Positions 24,000 to 37,250 of a stretch of 64,000 bases of DNA are shown here, in pieces (the first letter of the stretch is position 1; each line of letters starts with the position of its first letter). The translations under genes and the position numbers were made by a program. Below the pieces are notes generated by a model. It was not told the origin of the DNA and did not search any database. It saw only the letters and a list, made by a program, of their open reading frames with translations. Origin of the DNA: Rhizophagus irregularis. Lineage: Eukaryota. Location: positions 4,216,001 to 4,280,000 of the forward strand of contig NC_089431.1 of NCBI RefSeq assembly GCF_026210795.1, read 5' to 3'.

Positions 24000-25098
24000 T
24001 GCAAAAGTATGGCATCATCTTGACCCTCTTATAGAAGATAATTCTGTATCTCGATCGAAAATACCTGCACCTGTTTCTAGTTCAGTGATACATGCAGTTG
24101 AAAATTATGATCCATTGCCGTCAAGTATTCATGTTCGTCCGGAACTTTTACCGTACATTCCTCAACGCCCGATATATTCAAAGACGGTGCCACCTATTAT
24201 CCGCCGGGTTCACTTGGATGGTTCACTTACCTAAATAAGAAAGCCAAATCGGCCAGTCAAAAGACAATACAACACATAAATAAATCGACAAATCATTTAC
24301 GATAGATGGCTCACGAAAGAGAACAATGCAACGAAGCATCATACTACGGGACGAGTGTGTAGCACTTCGATACCCGCAAAGCATTAACGCGAGACTTAAC
24401 TTTCTACCAAGATGGTTATCATGAGCATATGTTATATCCTCCTTTTCCAGACGTCATCGTTTGACAAAAAACCGCACGTACGAGTACGTTTAGAAGAAGA
24501 ATACGCGAAATTTTTGCTAGACTACCTCACAACAGTTGGAGCACATCTATGGCACTACAGTGATCTCCGTTCAGATACATCTGATGATACTAAAGAACTT
24601 GAACAACGCCCTAACAAAAAGAAACACTGATCTTAACAAGAATTTGGATTCCTACAGATCGTTACATCAAGAGAAGAAATCGTGTCTGATGACAGAATTA
24701 CTCGAATGATTCCCTGGCCTCTGGACTGTCTAACACCAAATGTTAGTTTTTTTTATTTTTTTTTAGAGTCATTATCCTTTTATACAAGTAGATTTCCATT
24801 TCTACATCTATTTACATCTCAAACAACTTAGAATAGTGTGGACTACTCCACCTTTGAAGTATTAGCAGGTGGTAACTTATTAGTTGAAAGTAAAATACAG
24901 ATCATTTTTAATTATTTTTTTTCGTTTCCTCGGATGGCAGCGTATGTCTTCCATCCCGCAGTCTTTTTATATCGGGTGGCCCGATTCGTTTGGTATTATA
25001 GCTCAATTTTTAATAGTCAGTATAGTCGAACTCCTATCCGTGAAATAGATTGACTAGAATAGCCGCTCTTCTTAAAGTAAAATAAATAAAATAAATAA
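24000..25098 (+). mobile_element. 5'-truncated, decayed relative of the 11094-13626 retroposed element
   Basis: Frameshifted coding remnant (PELLPYIPQRPIYSK..YYPPGSLGWFTYL; TSDDTKELEQRPNKK), shared 3' UTR motif at 24818-24900, and TAAAA-type tail at ~25078-25098. The left boundary is approximate. Confidence 0.7.
24835..24898 (+). ncRNA. Candidate structured RNA motif, copy 2
   Basis: Helices AGTG/TACT, CCACCT/AGGTGG and TAACT/AGTTG; loop GTATT (24859-24863) is complementary to AATAC (24894-24898). Confidence 0.55.
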
Positions 25099-25191
25099 CA
25101 TCGCGTGGTCAAGAACGATACATTCAGGTGGCTACCGTATTACACCTGATTCTAAAATTATTGGCCATACAGGTGACGGACATTGCAGTCT

Positions 25192-25597
25192 TTGTATGGA
25201 AAGCCGTCATGGTCAAATGTGCGTAGTAATATAGTAGCGTGTATATGTTGTTTTACGGCGGGATACTCCTGAAAATAACAGGATACAGGGTCACCTGCTA
25301 TAGCAAACGGCAGGTGCTTGCTATAAAATGGCCCATAAAATCAATGTAAAGTGATATTTATAATAAAAAATTTTTAACATTATGACAAACTTTGGAAATT
25401 TTCTAATGAAATTTTATTAGTCTATAAATCTGTTTATAACCGCTACAGTTTTTTAATATTTAAATTTTATGAATAAAAAAATTAAAGAAGTCGCTGTATA
25501 AATTAACTGCAAAAAAATAGCAGGTACCCGTCATAAGTTACAGCGGGTTACGCTATATTTAGTGACGGTCTTTTGACCAGTATGGCTTGCCATAGGG
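25192..25597. mobile_element. MITE with imperfect TIR (CCCTA-type right end), related to 30584-31159
   Basis: TATGGAAAGCCGTCATGGTCAAA on the left versus TTTGACCAGTATGGCTTGCCATAGGG on the right. Internal GTAGCGTGTATA..TTTTACGGCGGG and GCAGGTACCCG motifs are shared with 30.6-31.1 kb. Confidence 0.55.
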
Positions 25598-26362
25598 TCT
25601 TGAGTGTACTTGAAAGTCCTTCACTGCGCTTCGTTCAATAAAGTCAATAATTTACATGTAATGGAAACTAATGTTGGATAGCTATCCTACTACTGTGCTG
25701 TAATATTCAGAATAAATGTATTTCAGAAGATTCTTTGAATCGTTGGTTTAATGTTTATGGTTAAATCTTGATAGCTTATTATTCCCAAAGTTAGTGAGCG
25801 TCATGGCCAAAATTATCCTACATTATGTTGGCCGTATTAAACTATGGAAATTCAAGCTTGGTTTTATAGTACTTTGCTCGATCAAAATACCTTATTCATT
25901 TATACTTTGCTCGATCAAAATGCCTTATTCATCTATTGAATTATGAATTAATAAATTCTATTGAGTATAACTGTTGCAGTAAAGCGGATTACGTGAACTG
26001 AAAAAACGAGTTTATCCGGTCTAAAGATACTATATTTTATAGGGAAAAAGAAAATTTTTTTGTTATAAATTTTATTGCTTATATTTTATTATGTTTTCCA
26101 GCTGAAATCATCAAGTTCTTATCCAAAATTAATTTTTTAGAAAGAAAACGAATAATTAATTTTATTCGTCCAAGTTATTAATTTCGCTTAAAACTATAAT
26201 TAGTATTTCCTCCTAAAATTTCGACTTATTTTTGAAACACAGTTAGATACTGTACATTGTAATATACACAGCAAATATTTTATTGTAATCAAGCTTTTAT
26301 TAATAATATATGATATGTTATATATACTAAGCAAAATATCTAAATTAAAACAATATTTTGTT

Positions 26363-28534
26363 TTAAGATTCAACTATGGATACAGCTAATCCAAGGTATG
26401 GATCAGGTTTGGGTGCAGGAAAAGCTCTTTTTCTAATATGAAATCCTTCAATTGGTTTAAAAACAAAATTTCTAATCAATATTCCTAACAATATTTTAAA
26501 TTCAGTTAAAGCTACTTTACTACCTATACAATTTCTTGGACCATTATAGAAAGGTAAATAATTTAAGTTTGATATATTATTCACTAATGAAGGATCCAAC
26601 CATCTTTTTGGATCAAAATCATCGGCTGTTGGACCCCAAATTTCAGGTAATTTATGAATTGTTGAAATTGACAATGATATTTCGGTATTCTATAAATAAA
26701 TAATAATAATAATAATAAAAAATAATTAATTTTAAAAAAGAAATCTTTTAATGAAAATTAAAAATAATCGACATCGTACCTTTGGAATGAAATAATTCCC
26801 CAAAACTTCATCTTTAAGGTTAATTCGTCTAATATTTGATGCTAAAGCGAAAAATCACTAAGTTAGGATAAAAAGCGATTTGTTAAAAACGGGTCTGGTA
26901 CGAAATCCCGACAGGTACGAAATCCCGAACTCTAATGCTGGTCAAACAACCACGTGACTCTGCATAATTCTGCATAACGCGGGCCATTTGTCGGGATTTC
27001 GTGATTTTGACCCGTCAGGATTTTGTACGGATCCCGTTAAAGGGTTAAAAACTATCATTATTAAATTTTATACCTGGAGCATTTAATCTTAAAGATTCTT
27101 TAACTATACAATTTAAATATTCCAAAGAATTAATCTCATCATATGTAGGATTGAATTTTGATTTATCAGGAAAGGCTTTAACCAACTCTTCACGCAACGT
27201 CTTGTTCATGTGGATGTTGTGCAAGTGAATACAAAGCCCAGCAAGTTGATATGCTTGTTGTTTCGTGTCCTGCAAATAAAAATGTCATGATCTAAATATT
27301 CAAAAGAAAAAAAAGAAAAGAGAAAAATGAATAAAAAATCAATTAAACAAACTAATAATTGAAAAATAACCGAAAATTTTTTTAATTACCTGATATTTTA
27401 GTTCATCATCAGTCATTTTTTCTTCAGCGGGTAGTTTATTATTGATATTGATTAACAAAGATAATAAATCCTTTCCTTTTAATTCTCCATTTTTAGCCTC
27501 GTTATATCTTTCTTCAACCAACCTCTTTGATACACGGTCAATAGTTGCGCACGCATTCTTAAATCTTTTATTTGCTTCTAGTGGAATCTCTCTTACCGAT
27601 GGAACATAATTCGATAAGAGATTAAGAACAATGCGTAAAGTAGTTACTGGGTTATTAAAAATAGAATCATAAGCTATTGCTAATTCATTTTGGGACGTTA
27701 ATGAATTAAATTCATAATTAAATCCTAAAATAGTATATATATAAAAATGTAAATTTTATTATTGTAAACGAGGTAAATGATATAATATCAATATAGAAAA
27801 CAAAATTTTTTCTCTTACCTACTAAGCCAATAACATCCAAAGTAGCTTTTGAGATGTAAGGAGTAAGGTTAATGTTAGTTTCTCCTGAGTTTAACTTCTC
27901 TTCTATCAAACCTTTTAAGGTAGAACCTATACGAACAAATGATGGTACCATTTCCTAAATCACAAATAAAAATATTATATTAACTTAATTCATTAAAATT
28001 TCCATTATGAAGTATAATTACTTTGACGTTACTATACGTAAAAGCTGGATTCGACAATTTTCTTTGTCTCTTATGGTCATCGCCTTCTGCATATATGAGA
28101 CCTCTACCAATAAGTGAAATACCAGACGCATTAAGAGGCTTAATAAAATCATATGCTTTATTTAATGTAATTTCTTGAACTAATTTTGTATCTGCGATAA
28201 GAAGAATTGGATTATTAAATAATCCATGATATTTTATAACGTTTCCATATTTTTTAATCCATCTAAGTTGTGGTACACCGGACTATATAAAAAAAAATAT
28301 ATTACTTGTTTAAAATATGAATTAAGACTGCCGGATTAATAATATTTAGCAATATTTTACCTCTTCTGTCATAAGTGTTTTGAGATTTCCGTAAAGTGAA
28401 CTTTCAGATGGTGGACCAGGAAATTTTCTCAAAGGAGAAATATAAAATGGCCAAATAAATATTTTATAAGTAATCCATCCTATAATTCCTAACACAAAAT
28501 AGCTAATTAAAGAAATGAAATTAATCGAAAACAT
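26363..28534 (-). pseudogene. Cytochrome P450, multi-exon, with a frameshift just after the I-helix
   Basis: N-terminal TM then PGPP hinge, I-helix FAGHETTS, ExxR (KESLRL), FDPKRW, heme motif FYNGPRNCIG. The I-helix frame runs into TGA at 27192-27190, while LREELVKAFP continues in another frame. Confidence 0.85.
26889..27037. mobile_element. ~150-bp MITE inside a P450 intron
   Basis: Imperfect ~28-bp TIR: ACGGGTCTGGTACGAAATCCCGACAGGT versus the reverse complement ACGGGATCCGTACAAAATCCTGACGGGT. Central CACGTGAC. Confidence 0.8.
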
Positions 28535-30583
28535 TTTTTCTTTGTTAATAATAAATTATAACAAATTAGTAGACGGAGCGAGAGATTTTGTAAATTTGTC
28601 GTTTATTTAAATCTGAATTAATCGTGATAAGAATGATCGACAAAATATGAAACTCCTAGTTGGACATGAATACTAATATGAACAACAAAATGATGCGGAT
28701 AATTTCTCCCCGATATTGTGACACAGCACGTAGCATTATTTATTTATTTTGCGAATTATAGATTATTTATTATTTATTCTTATTATATAATAATTAATAA
28801 TCGTATTAAATTATTAACATGCATTTTGCTGAACCCAATTCCAAATTTGTTTATTATTAGCTAAAGCGATAATTTTATTATACAATAGTCGCGCTTCACT
28901 AATTCGAGTATAGTATGTACTGTATACCATGAATTTCAAGAACGAATTGTTTTGCTTTAAAAAAAAAGATGAATAAGTCCATATAGTATGTATAGTATGC
29001 AGCAATTAAAATTTTTCATTGTGCTGTAATTAGAATGTTATTACGATGACTAGGGCGAAATCAAGAATAAAGTTGAATTTTTTCGATAAATATAATTCAT
29101 ATAAAAAATTGTGCCTTTTAATAATGTCGTTGTACAATGAAATTATTAATTTATAAAAACATTTATATTAACATTTGGAATATATAAGAAGTAAGATATT
29201 TTTATTTTCTCTTGAGTACTTAAGAAATAGAACGATTTAACAATTATATCGTAAGACGGATTTTCATAGACGATGGTCAAACCAAAATATACAAAAAAAG
29301 AAATGTAATATTAAAAATGTAATAAAGAAGAAACCTCATTAGATTTGTCATGTTTGTTGAATGTAAGATTTATGCCAAGAAATTGGCTAATTTAGGGGTA
29401 TCAATGAGATAGTCATAACTGGTTAAGAACTTAATCACCTGATTGACCGTTTTGATCTGATCATCAATCTGATTAAAAAAATGCATCGAATTAAGGAAGA
29501 ATTTATTTTTTTTTCTAAATACATAAAAAAAAATAAATAATTAAACTACTGTTTTTTTTAAAAAAAAAATTGTAGTGTAGCACTTTTTTGGCTAACCATT
29601 TAATTTAACTATGGAATAATTTTTATTTATTATATATTCTTATACTGTTATGGGATCACACTGTACTTTTTTTATATTTATTGAACAGCTTTATTATTGA
29701 TGATATATATAATAAATGAATACTGTTTAAATCATTATTTTTATACAATAAAACCTTAAATAGACTATAAATTAACTCGTGACTGATTTAATAGTGTAAA
29801 TATTATACTAATCCATGAATTTTAATGCGTAGTCAATCACGTGACTGAGGCTCCTGCACAGTACAGTTGAAATACTTACGGATATGTTTAATTGGAATTC
29901 AAATACGGAAATACCACAATCTCATCATTCTAAACGCAGCTAAATAATTTATATAGTTTTTCTTATAAATTTCGGTTGTGATTGTATTTAATCTATTACA
30001 ATCAATTACAGATATAATATCTTTAAGACATTTTGTTTTTCGGCATTGTATCTATTAAACTAAAATGATTTATTAACATTGTCAATATCTTTATCATAAA
30101 AATTTTATTTTCCTTTACCATATTAATGTGTATAGTTCATTTTTCAATGTTGACGCGACCACATCACTGTTATAAATTAAATTTTAAAGTAACTAATAAT
30201 GTTATCATATACAATATTTGGGAAAAAGTAAAATATAATAGAATTACAGTATTATCATTTTTTTTTTTGATTTTAATCGTAAAATTTGAAAATCCAAAAA
30301 TTATGAAGAGTTTACTTAACAGCGCCACAATCTAAGATGTATAGCAACGACGAATGTGCAAGTTGGTGAGGTTCTTTTGAATCCTTATATAGTAAAAGTA
30401 CAATAAAATACTTTTGTATACTAATTGTCTAACTAGTAGTTTATACTTTATTCAGTACTCGTTCCAACGAGAATATATTAGTAGTTCGTATTTAAAGTAG
30501 TTGTGCTGATTTCAACATTTGTTCACGACATTGGGTCTCGAATAACAACATTAAAAAAAAATTCCCTTAAATTCGAAGAGTGT

Positions 30584-31159
30584 TTACAGCGTATATAAAC
30601 GTTAAATTATGTAGCGTGTATACGTTATTTTTTACGGCGGGTTACCCCTGTTCTGTCAGGTTACATGCAATTTCAAGGGTAGCCTGTCGCAAAAAACAGC
30701 TTTTAATACGTTATATTTCATAGCGTTGTATACGTTATATGTTATGAAGGGTACCCGTCATAAGAAACGGCAGGTACCCGCTATTAATTACAGCAGATGT
30801 TCGCTAATGTCTGTTATGAAAAAACAAGTCAACTAATAATTAAGATCTGAGTTTTCATTTAATAAATATGGAAAAAAATTCAAAGATTCGGGCAAAATTA
30901 ATTATAATATTTTCTATATAAGTCAAAATTACCTCAAAAAAATTAGGGGACCGCTGAAAAAAGTGGCGGGTAGCCGATTACTTTGGTAGATACTCGCCGT
31001 TTACTTTGGCAGGTACCCGTTGTTTACTACGGCAGGTACCTGTTATAAGAAGCGACGGGTCAACCTTGTAATTAACGGGTTGAACCGTCAGTACAAGGGT
31101 AACCCGCCGCAATATTAGCAGCTAACCCGCCGCTATTAATTGCGTATACCCGCTGTAAA
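30584..31159. mobile_element. MITE-like element rich in GGTACCCG/GCGGGT subrepeats
   Basis: TTTACAGCG at left and CGCTGTAAA at right; many GGCAGGTACC and CCCGCCGC motifs; homology to 25192-25597. Confidence 0.55.
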
Positions 31160-32181
31160 GTATGGCGGACTGCGGCTTACCAATGCTCAAGTGGCCCAAG
31201 CGGCCAATTATATCATTGGAGCCAACACGTGACTTAGAGTAACTGCTGATTGGATATGACTCCATGGCGTCATCACTTGGAGCAGGCGATCGTAACATAT
31301 TTCTGTGGAAACGTGATCGGTGTGACATCATGAAGCACTATTATTTAAAAAAATAGAACCAAAAGTGATGTTGTCGCATTGTTGGAAAATGTAAATTATC
31401 GTATACTATTCATGAATATTTTTTTTTTCTTTTTTTCATATGTAAAATGTTTGTTCACAAAATTATCTTTAAAAACTATTTTTAAAAAAAATCACCAGAA
31501 AAATGAGTCCACGGTTACATTGCAAACTAAAATGAATGTTCGGTGAGTAATCACTGTATAAGACTGATAATTAGATTCCATAAAATGAAGATTCATGAAC
31601 ACAATACAATAAACAGAAAACTTATTTTGGAAAAAATGAAGACGACGATAGCGTCGCCGAATTGGATTCATATACTCCAGCGTAATTTTAAGAAACGGAC
31701 TACTTTTTACCTTAACGGCCTATTATTGTTCCTGCTATCAAAATTCATGTAAAGAAATATCCCATCATGGGATGAAAATACATTGTCGTCATCATATCAT
31801 TTGTTCCATTTTTTTTTGGTTTTGGTTAACTCGAACGCGTGTCAAAAGAAAAGAAATTAAACTTTTTATTTATAAAGCGACAATTCTTTTACATGGTAAC
31901 TAATTAAACTTAAAATTACAGTTTTTTTACGTAGACAATAAAATACCATTTTCTAATCGATAAACTTTTTCATAATTAAAGCAATAAAATTTGGTAACTA
32001 GTTAGTTGATACAAAATATAATTTTCAGTTTCATATTCCAGAAAATCTGATTTTTGAAATTTAAATTTTTTTTTTATATATTTATAAAACCATATCTGGT
32101 ATAATTCATTTATTTAATATACTCTAATTATAACTTTTCGTATTATAAAGTCAAAAAAACAATTAACTTGTTTATACTATA

Positions 32182-32519
32182 TAAGGGTTTTGAAGATATA
32201 CCCGACCCGACCAAAGTGAGAAAGTCTTGACTCTAAACCCGACCCGAGTATAGTTCGACCGGATATCCCGGGTCTAAAACCGAATTTTCAAAGGAAAAAA
32301 AAATGAGCAACCACCATTTTTTCGGCACTATAATGGAACCTTAATGAATTATTATAGATTTAATAGATTTGTAATATTATGAAGTATTTGTTCAATAACT
32401 CGGGTCAACCGGGTCGGGTCATGCGGGTCGCCGGGTCATAAAATTATTGAACTCGACCCGAGCTTTTAAGTCGGGTCGGGTCACATGACCCGGGTCGACC
32501 CGTTCCGTTAGGAGCACTA
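32182..32519. mobile_element. hAT-type non-autonomous remnant with ACCCG/CGGGT subterminal repeats
   Basis: ACCCGACCCG clusters on the left and CGGGTCGGGT on the right. Right end CGTTAGGAGCACTA resembles the hAT end CGTTCGGAGCTTTA at 4689-4702. Left TIR is degenerate. Confidence 0.55.
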
Positions 32520-32714
32520 GGTTAAATCAAAGGCAAATTTCGATATGAGAACCAATTTTTTAACTTTCATTTTACTATAATGCATGAAAATGAATTAGTA
32601 ATAAAAAATTAGGTTAAGGCATTAGTTGTAATTGTAATAAATTACTTAAAATTAATTCATTTATGGTTTAATATAACCGAACATTACTATATATTTATAT
32701 ATTAAACAATCCAG

Positions 32715-35307
32715 TTATTTACAGTACTGCGTATTAAGTAAAAAAAAATTGGGTTTAAACATTATAATTTTAAGAACGTTGATATCAAGATCAATTTCTT
32801 TAGTGACGTATCCTTATATTGAAAACAAAAATTAGATAAAAATATTATAATGTTGATTTATATTTGTTTACCTTTATCACGAGGTTGATTAGAGCTCATA
32901 TTAATATCTAATTCAATTTCTTTTGTAAAGTAATCTATAAAATCATAAAAATCAATTAAATTATGAAATAAAATATGTTGATTGTTAAAATGTAATTTTA
33001 TTTACCACTATTTTCAGATTCAAGAAATTTTCTTCTTTTAATACTTTGGTCTAAATAATTATGAATGTGAATTAAATAGTAGAAAATATTAACAATTTAT
33101 TGAATTAATTTCCGTACCATTGTCATTACTGTCTTCAACTGAATCATCTTCAAACTTTCTTTTATCTTTAAAATAATTTTAATAATAAGTAAGAACATAA
33201 AAAAACAATTAAACAAAAACTGAATAATTACCAATATTTTTCTGATAATAATAAAATGGATCTAAAATTACTTAAAAATGAATAATTGTTTAAAATTTTT
33301 CTTGCAACAAAAATGCGTTGTAATTAATAAAATTTGTTACCAATACCCTATAAAAAATAAGTGTCCGGAAATTGTCCAGAAATTGTCCGGAAAATTTGTC
33401 TAAATAATTGTCCAGAAAATGTCCAGAAAATGCCAGGTACCATGTCCGGAAATTGTTCCGAAAACACACTCGTTTCCGGACACTCATTTTGTCCAGAATT
33501 TGTCCGGAAATTGACCTGAAATATTTTTTCATAAAATTTGGCACAAAAAGATGATCAACAGGTGACCATCATTATAATTGCTTTTAACTTAAAGTTTTAT
33601 ATCATAGATATATACTATTTTTGCCTGCTCAGCAAATTTAATTAGTATGACAAAGAAGGTTATGAATGTCAGTCTTGTGCTTTTTGCATTTTTTTACAAA
33701 ATTAATTTATCCTTTTTTGGAAGTAGCGTCCAGAATTTGTCCAGTTCAAATTATCTGAATTTTTACTATGTCCGGAATTTGTCCAGGTTTATCTGTCCGG
33801 AATTTGTCCAAAATTTTATACTGGACAAATTCTGGATATATTCTGGACAAAGTCCGGATATGTCAAAATTTTAGGTATCAAATTTGTAGCAAAAAAATAG
33901 ACATTTTCCGGACAATTTCTGGACATGCCAGATTTATTCTGGACAATTTCCGGACATTTTCGTAGACATTTTCCGGACATTTATTTTTTATAGGGATAGA
34001 TTGACTCCTTGAACTCCTTAAAGACATTGCAGATTGAATCATGCAACTTAAAGGTCTACAGTCTACTCTTATAAATGGCATCTGGATTATTTATTGTTAC
34101 AGGTCCAATGTCTGATGATTCTATAATTTTAGTTTGATTGGGATTATTTTCATTAACCCACATTTTATCAATTTCCCCAAATATGTTATCAACTGTTGGC
34201 CTTTTTGCTGGATCAGAATGCCAGCATCCCTTCATTAATTCAATATATCCTTCAGGTGCATTTGTAACAATTGGTGGTCGTAAACCATCACATATTTTAA
34301 TTATAAGTTCTATATCATGAATTTCTTCCCAAAAAGGTCTTCTACCTGTCATAAATTCCCACATAATCATTCCAAAACTATATATATCTGAAGCTTCAGT
34401 ATATTTTTGTTCTTGAAAAATCTCTGGTGCCATATAAGGAATAATACCATATTTCTCATTATCATTATTTGATTCAGTTGCAGATCTACTTATTCCCAGG
34501 TCACCTATGTACGCAAAATTTTTATCAAAAAAGATATTTCCACTATGTAAATCTCTGTGAATAATTTTTGCTCTATGTATTTCTATAAGTCCATATATTA
34601 TATAAAATAATCTACTCAGTTTTGTCCACCAATTAATATTATAAAAGTTATTACTTAAATAATGTATCAAATCACCTGAACTATAATATGGCATGATAAT
34701 TATCATATCTTTAGTAATAGGATCTTGAGTAATTCCAAAATATTTACTAACGCTATGATTATTACCGTTTGATAAAATCTGATAATATACCTTAAACTAA
34801 ATAAATAAAAATTTAATTTATCATCATTACATTGAAAATTAGAAATATTGCCATGGACTATACCTCGTTCAGTTCCTTGGATGTAATGTTTTTAGAATTA
34901 TTAAGTTTTTTGAGAACAACTGTATAATTATTATTACGAACAATTGTATTATTACAACTAGTGTAGTACAAATCAATTGGACCATCAACCCAAATAGCTT
35001 TATAAATTTTACTAAATCCTCCTTCGGCAATAAATTCTATATTTTTGAATTGATCATGGGGAACAAACTCCAATATCCAACGTTTTGAACCTGTAACAAA
35101 ATTAACTCGTGTATTTCTTATAAAGTCATCAATGACTTTGTTCCTACTTAAATTAGGTTTGAATATTTCATAACATAATTGACAAGTTTCATAATTTTCG
35201 TCTATAATTTTTCCTTTCTTACATTCTTTACATTTTATCTCTCCCTTACTAAATATAGCAGTTCGTGCTGGCCGATTTAAGGACATATTGTCTGACATCA
35301 TAAGCAT
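32715..35307 (-). CDS. Zn-ribbon/TKL-like protein kinase, copy 1; kinase domain intact (exons 35307-34864, 34796-34056), C-terminal micro-exon tail disrupted
   Basis: CxxC..CxxC, IAEGGFSKIYKA, VVLKKL, HRDLHSGN, DLG, YMAPE, SDIYSFG. A 7-bp insertion gives TAG at 34058-34056, and a TIR element is inserted at 33346-33995. Orphaned tail exons run to ~32715. Confidence 0.88.
33346..33995. mobile_element. CACTA/CMC-like non-autonomous element, 650 bp, 3-bp TSD ATA
   Basis: TIR CCCTATAAAAAATAAGTGTCCGGAAA versus TTTCCGGACATTTATTTTTTATAGGG. ATA at 33343-33345 and 33996-33998. Many TGTCCRGA subterminal repeats in inverted orientation. Confidence 0.9.
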
Positions 35308-35929
35308 ATTTATATTAATTGTTCTGTTATTTCAAAAAATATATAATTTATTTGTAGCGTTCAAGAAAACCTTCTAGTATATAATATTAAAGTAAGGAGT
35401 TCAAAATCCTAAAAAATTATAGTAAACAATTAATCTAGAAGTTCATCATGGAAAGATTCTTGACAAGAATTCTATGAAAGAATAAAAGAATTCTGTAGTT
35501 GCAATGATCAACTCGTCTTCCGTGATACAGGTTACAATGATATGCTGCGTACTATTTTAAAATATCTCCATTAAAGGTAGGAGGACAAATTTCCAAAAAT
35601 TCCATTGTCCTATATATACTTTTAAAATACATTATAGAGTATGGTACGGTATGGTACGATTGATAAATTTCTTTTTTCTTCAAAGGTGGCTAAATGTAGG
35701 GTTCAATGACCGCGGTTCGAGCTCCAAAACATGCCAAATATAAAAGTCAAAAATGGTATTATAAAACCATCATTCCGTCTTTAATTAAATTTGTACCAAT
35801 TTTATTTAGGAAATTGGAAATCTTACGTGATAAAAATTATCAACATAATTACTACGGATGTGAAAAAAAAATATAATCCTTATTTTTATATTATAAAATT
35901 TTTATTATTTTTTTTAAAATTATCATGAG

Positions 35930-36755
35930 AATATAATACTCAAATAACTAAGTTGATAAAGGATTTGAATATTTAAATTTTAATTATATTTTTTCACCTA
36001 AGTACCATTAAATAGCGTACAAGATCTAAAAAGTGTAACTAAATTTCATAATTTTGATTAATCTTTAGGAGATATCATAGAATCTAATTAAGGGAATAAA
36101 TCTGTAAATAATCGTTTTAAAGGGTCATAAGTCATCTTAACTTCACTGAGATGCGTCTCTACTACAATAATGTTCTTGTGCCAATCCCCATTTAACTAAA
36201 TGTTCCCATTTTCCAGATCTCAATTCATCAATATCCAAGTTTTCACGTTTTAAATATAATTTCCAATAATTGAGTGGGTAGTTGAGTGAATTTTTTATTA
36301 GAATTGAATAAAATTTTCGGTTCAGGACAGATTGCTTCTAAATAAAATTCTTGTAAATCAACAAGAGATTGGTGATGAAAAATAATTTGAAAAGAGTCCC
36401 GATCTTTTTTTTTTTTAATATTTGATGATGTTTAATATTTAGTTAATTTTTTCAAATTTAATTCATCTGAGGCTATTGTAGTATTCATTACGTTTCATTT
36501 TTGATATAAACGTGGCCTATATAAAGGTACAGTACCTAAAAATAAATAAATAAACGAATGATTTTTTTTTATCAGAAAATTTTCTTCTCTGATAATAATA
36601 AAATTACTTACTTAAGAGAATTACGTTAAAAGCTTGAGGCGTTTCTACATCAAAGATATTTCAGTGCATATGGAATTCCTTAAAATCAGGTTCCTCTTCA
36701 ACGTGAATGATAACATTTATTCAGTTTTAAGTAATTGTTCGAGCGCTTTGGTTCG
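35930..36755 (-). pseudogene. Heavily decayed BTB-BACK gene (not in ORF track)
   Basis: Fragments KALEQLLKTE, NVIIHVEEEPDFKEFHMH*, IASDELNL, FQIIFHHQSLVDLQEFYLEAICPEPKILFNS, WEHLVKWGLAQE and FIPLIRFYDIS, separated by stops and frameshifts. Confidence 0.8.
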
Positions 36756-36953
36756 TATATAATTATAAATTTTTTGTATTTTATTAAAGAAAAGAGAGAG
36801 ATTTAATGCAAGGATATTATTTTAAGTCTTTTATATTTCATTTTTCTTTTCACAAAAGCTCCATTAACTCTCATATAAGCATATTTTTACGGGACGGAAA
36901 TAATTTCCGATTTTCAATTTCTTTCATAACGGTATAATGCAAATTTTAACTAT

Positions 36954-37250
36954 TTACAATAATCTATATGATAAATTTCTTTGGATTTGGGTGTGAGCAG
37001 CATTATTGTTGCAATCATGGTTATGTTGTTGCTTAAGATCAATAACCTTCTTTGATTTACAAATTCTTCCATGATGACATTCAAAAGACCTTCTTACAAT
37101 GATTGATTCATCAGTTTTATCTTTTTCTATTCGTCCTTTTATGATTACAAATCCATTTGATTTTGCATACTGATCAAGAAAACGTTCTGCAAGGTCATAA
37201 TTATTATTAATAAAATCTTGCCGCTTTATTAGTGACAAAATCTAGGAAAA
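36954..37250 (-). pseudogene. FAR1-type DNA-binding domain fragment (MULE transposase remnant)
   Basis: AERFLDQYAKSNGFVIIKGR...IVRRSFECHHG fits the FAR1 pattern Y-A-x3-G-F...R-x-F-x-C; no downstream DDE domain. Confidence 0.7.

Noticed and set aside
33290..34081. ORFs overlapping the TGTCCGGA repeat element
   Set aside because: Translations of MITE subterminal repeats; 33878-34081 only contains the shifted kinase tail.
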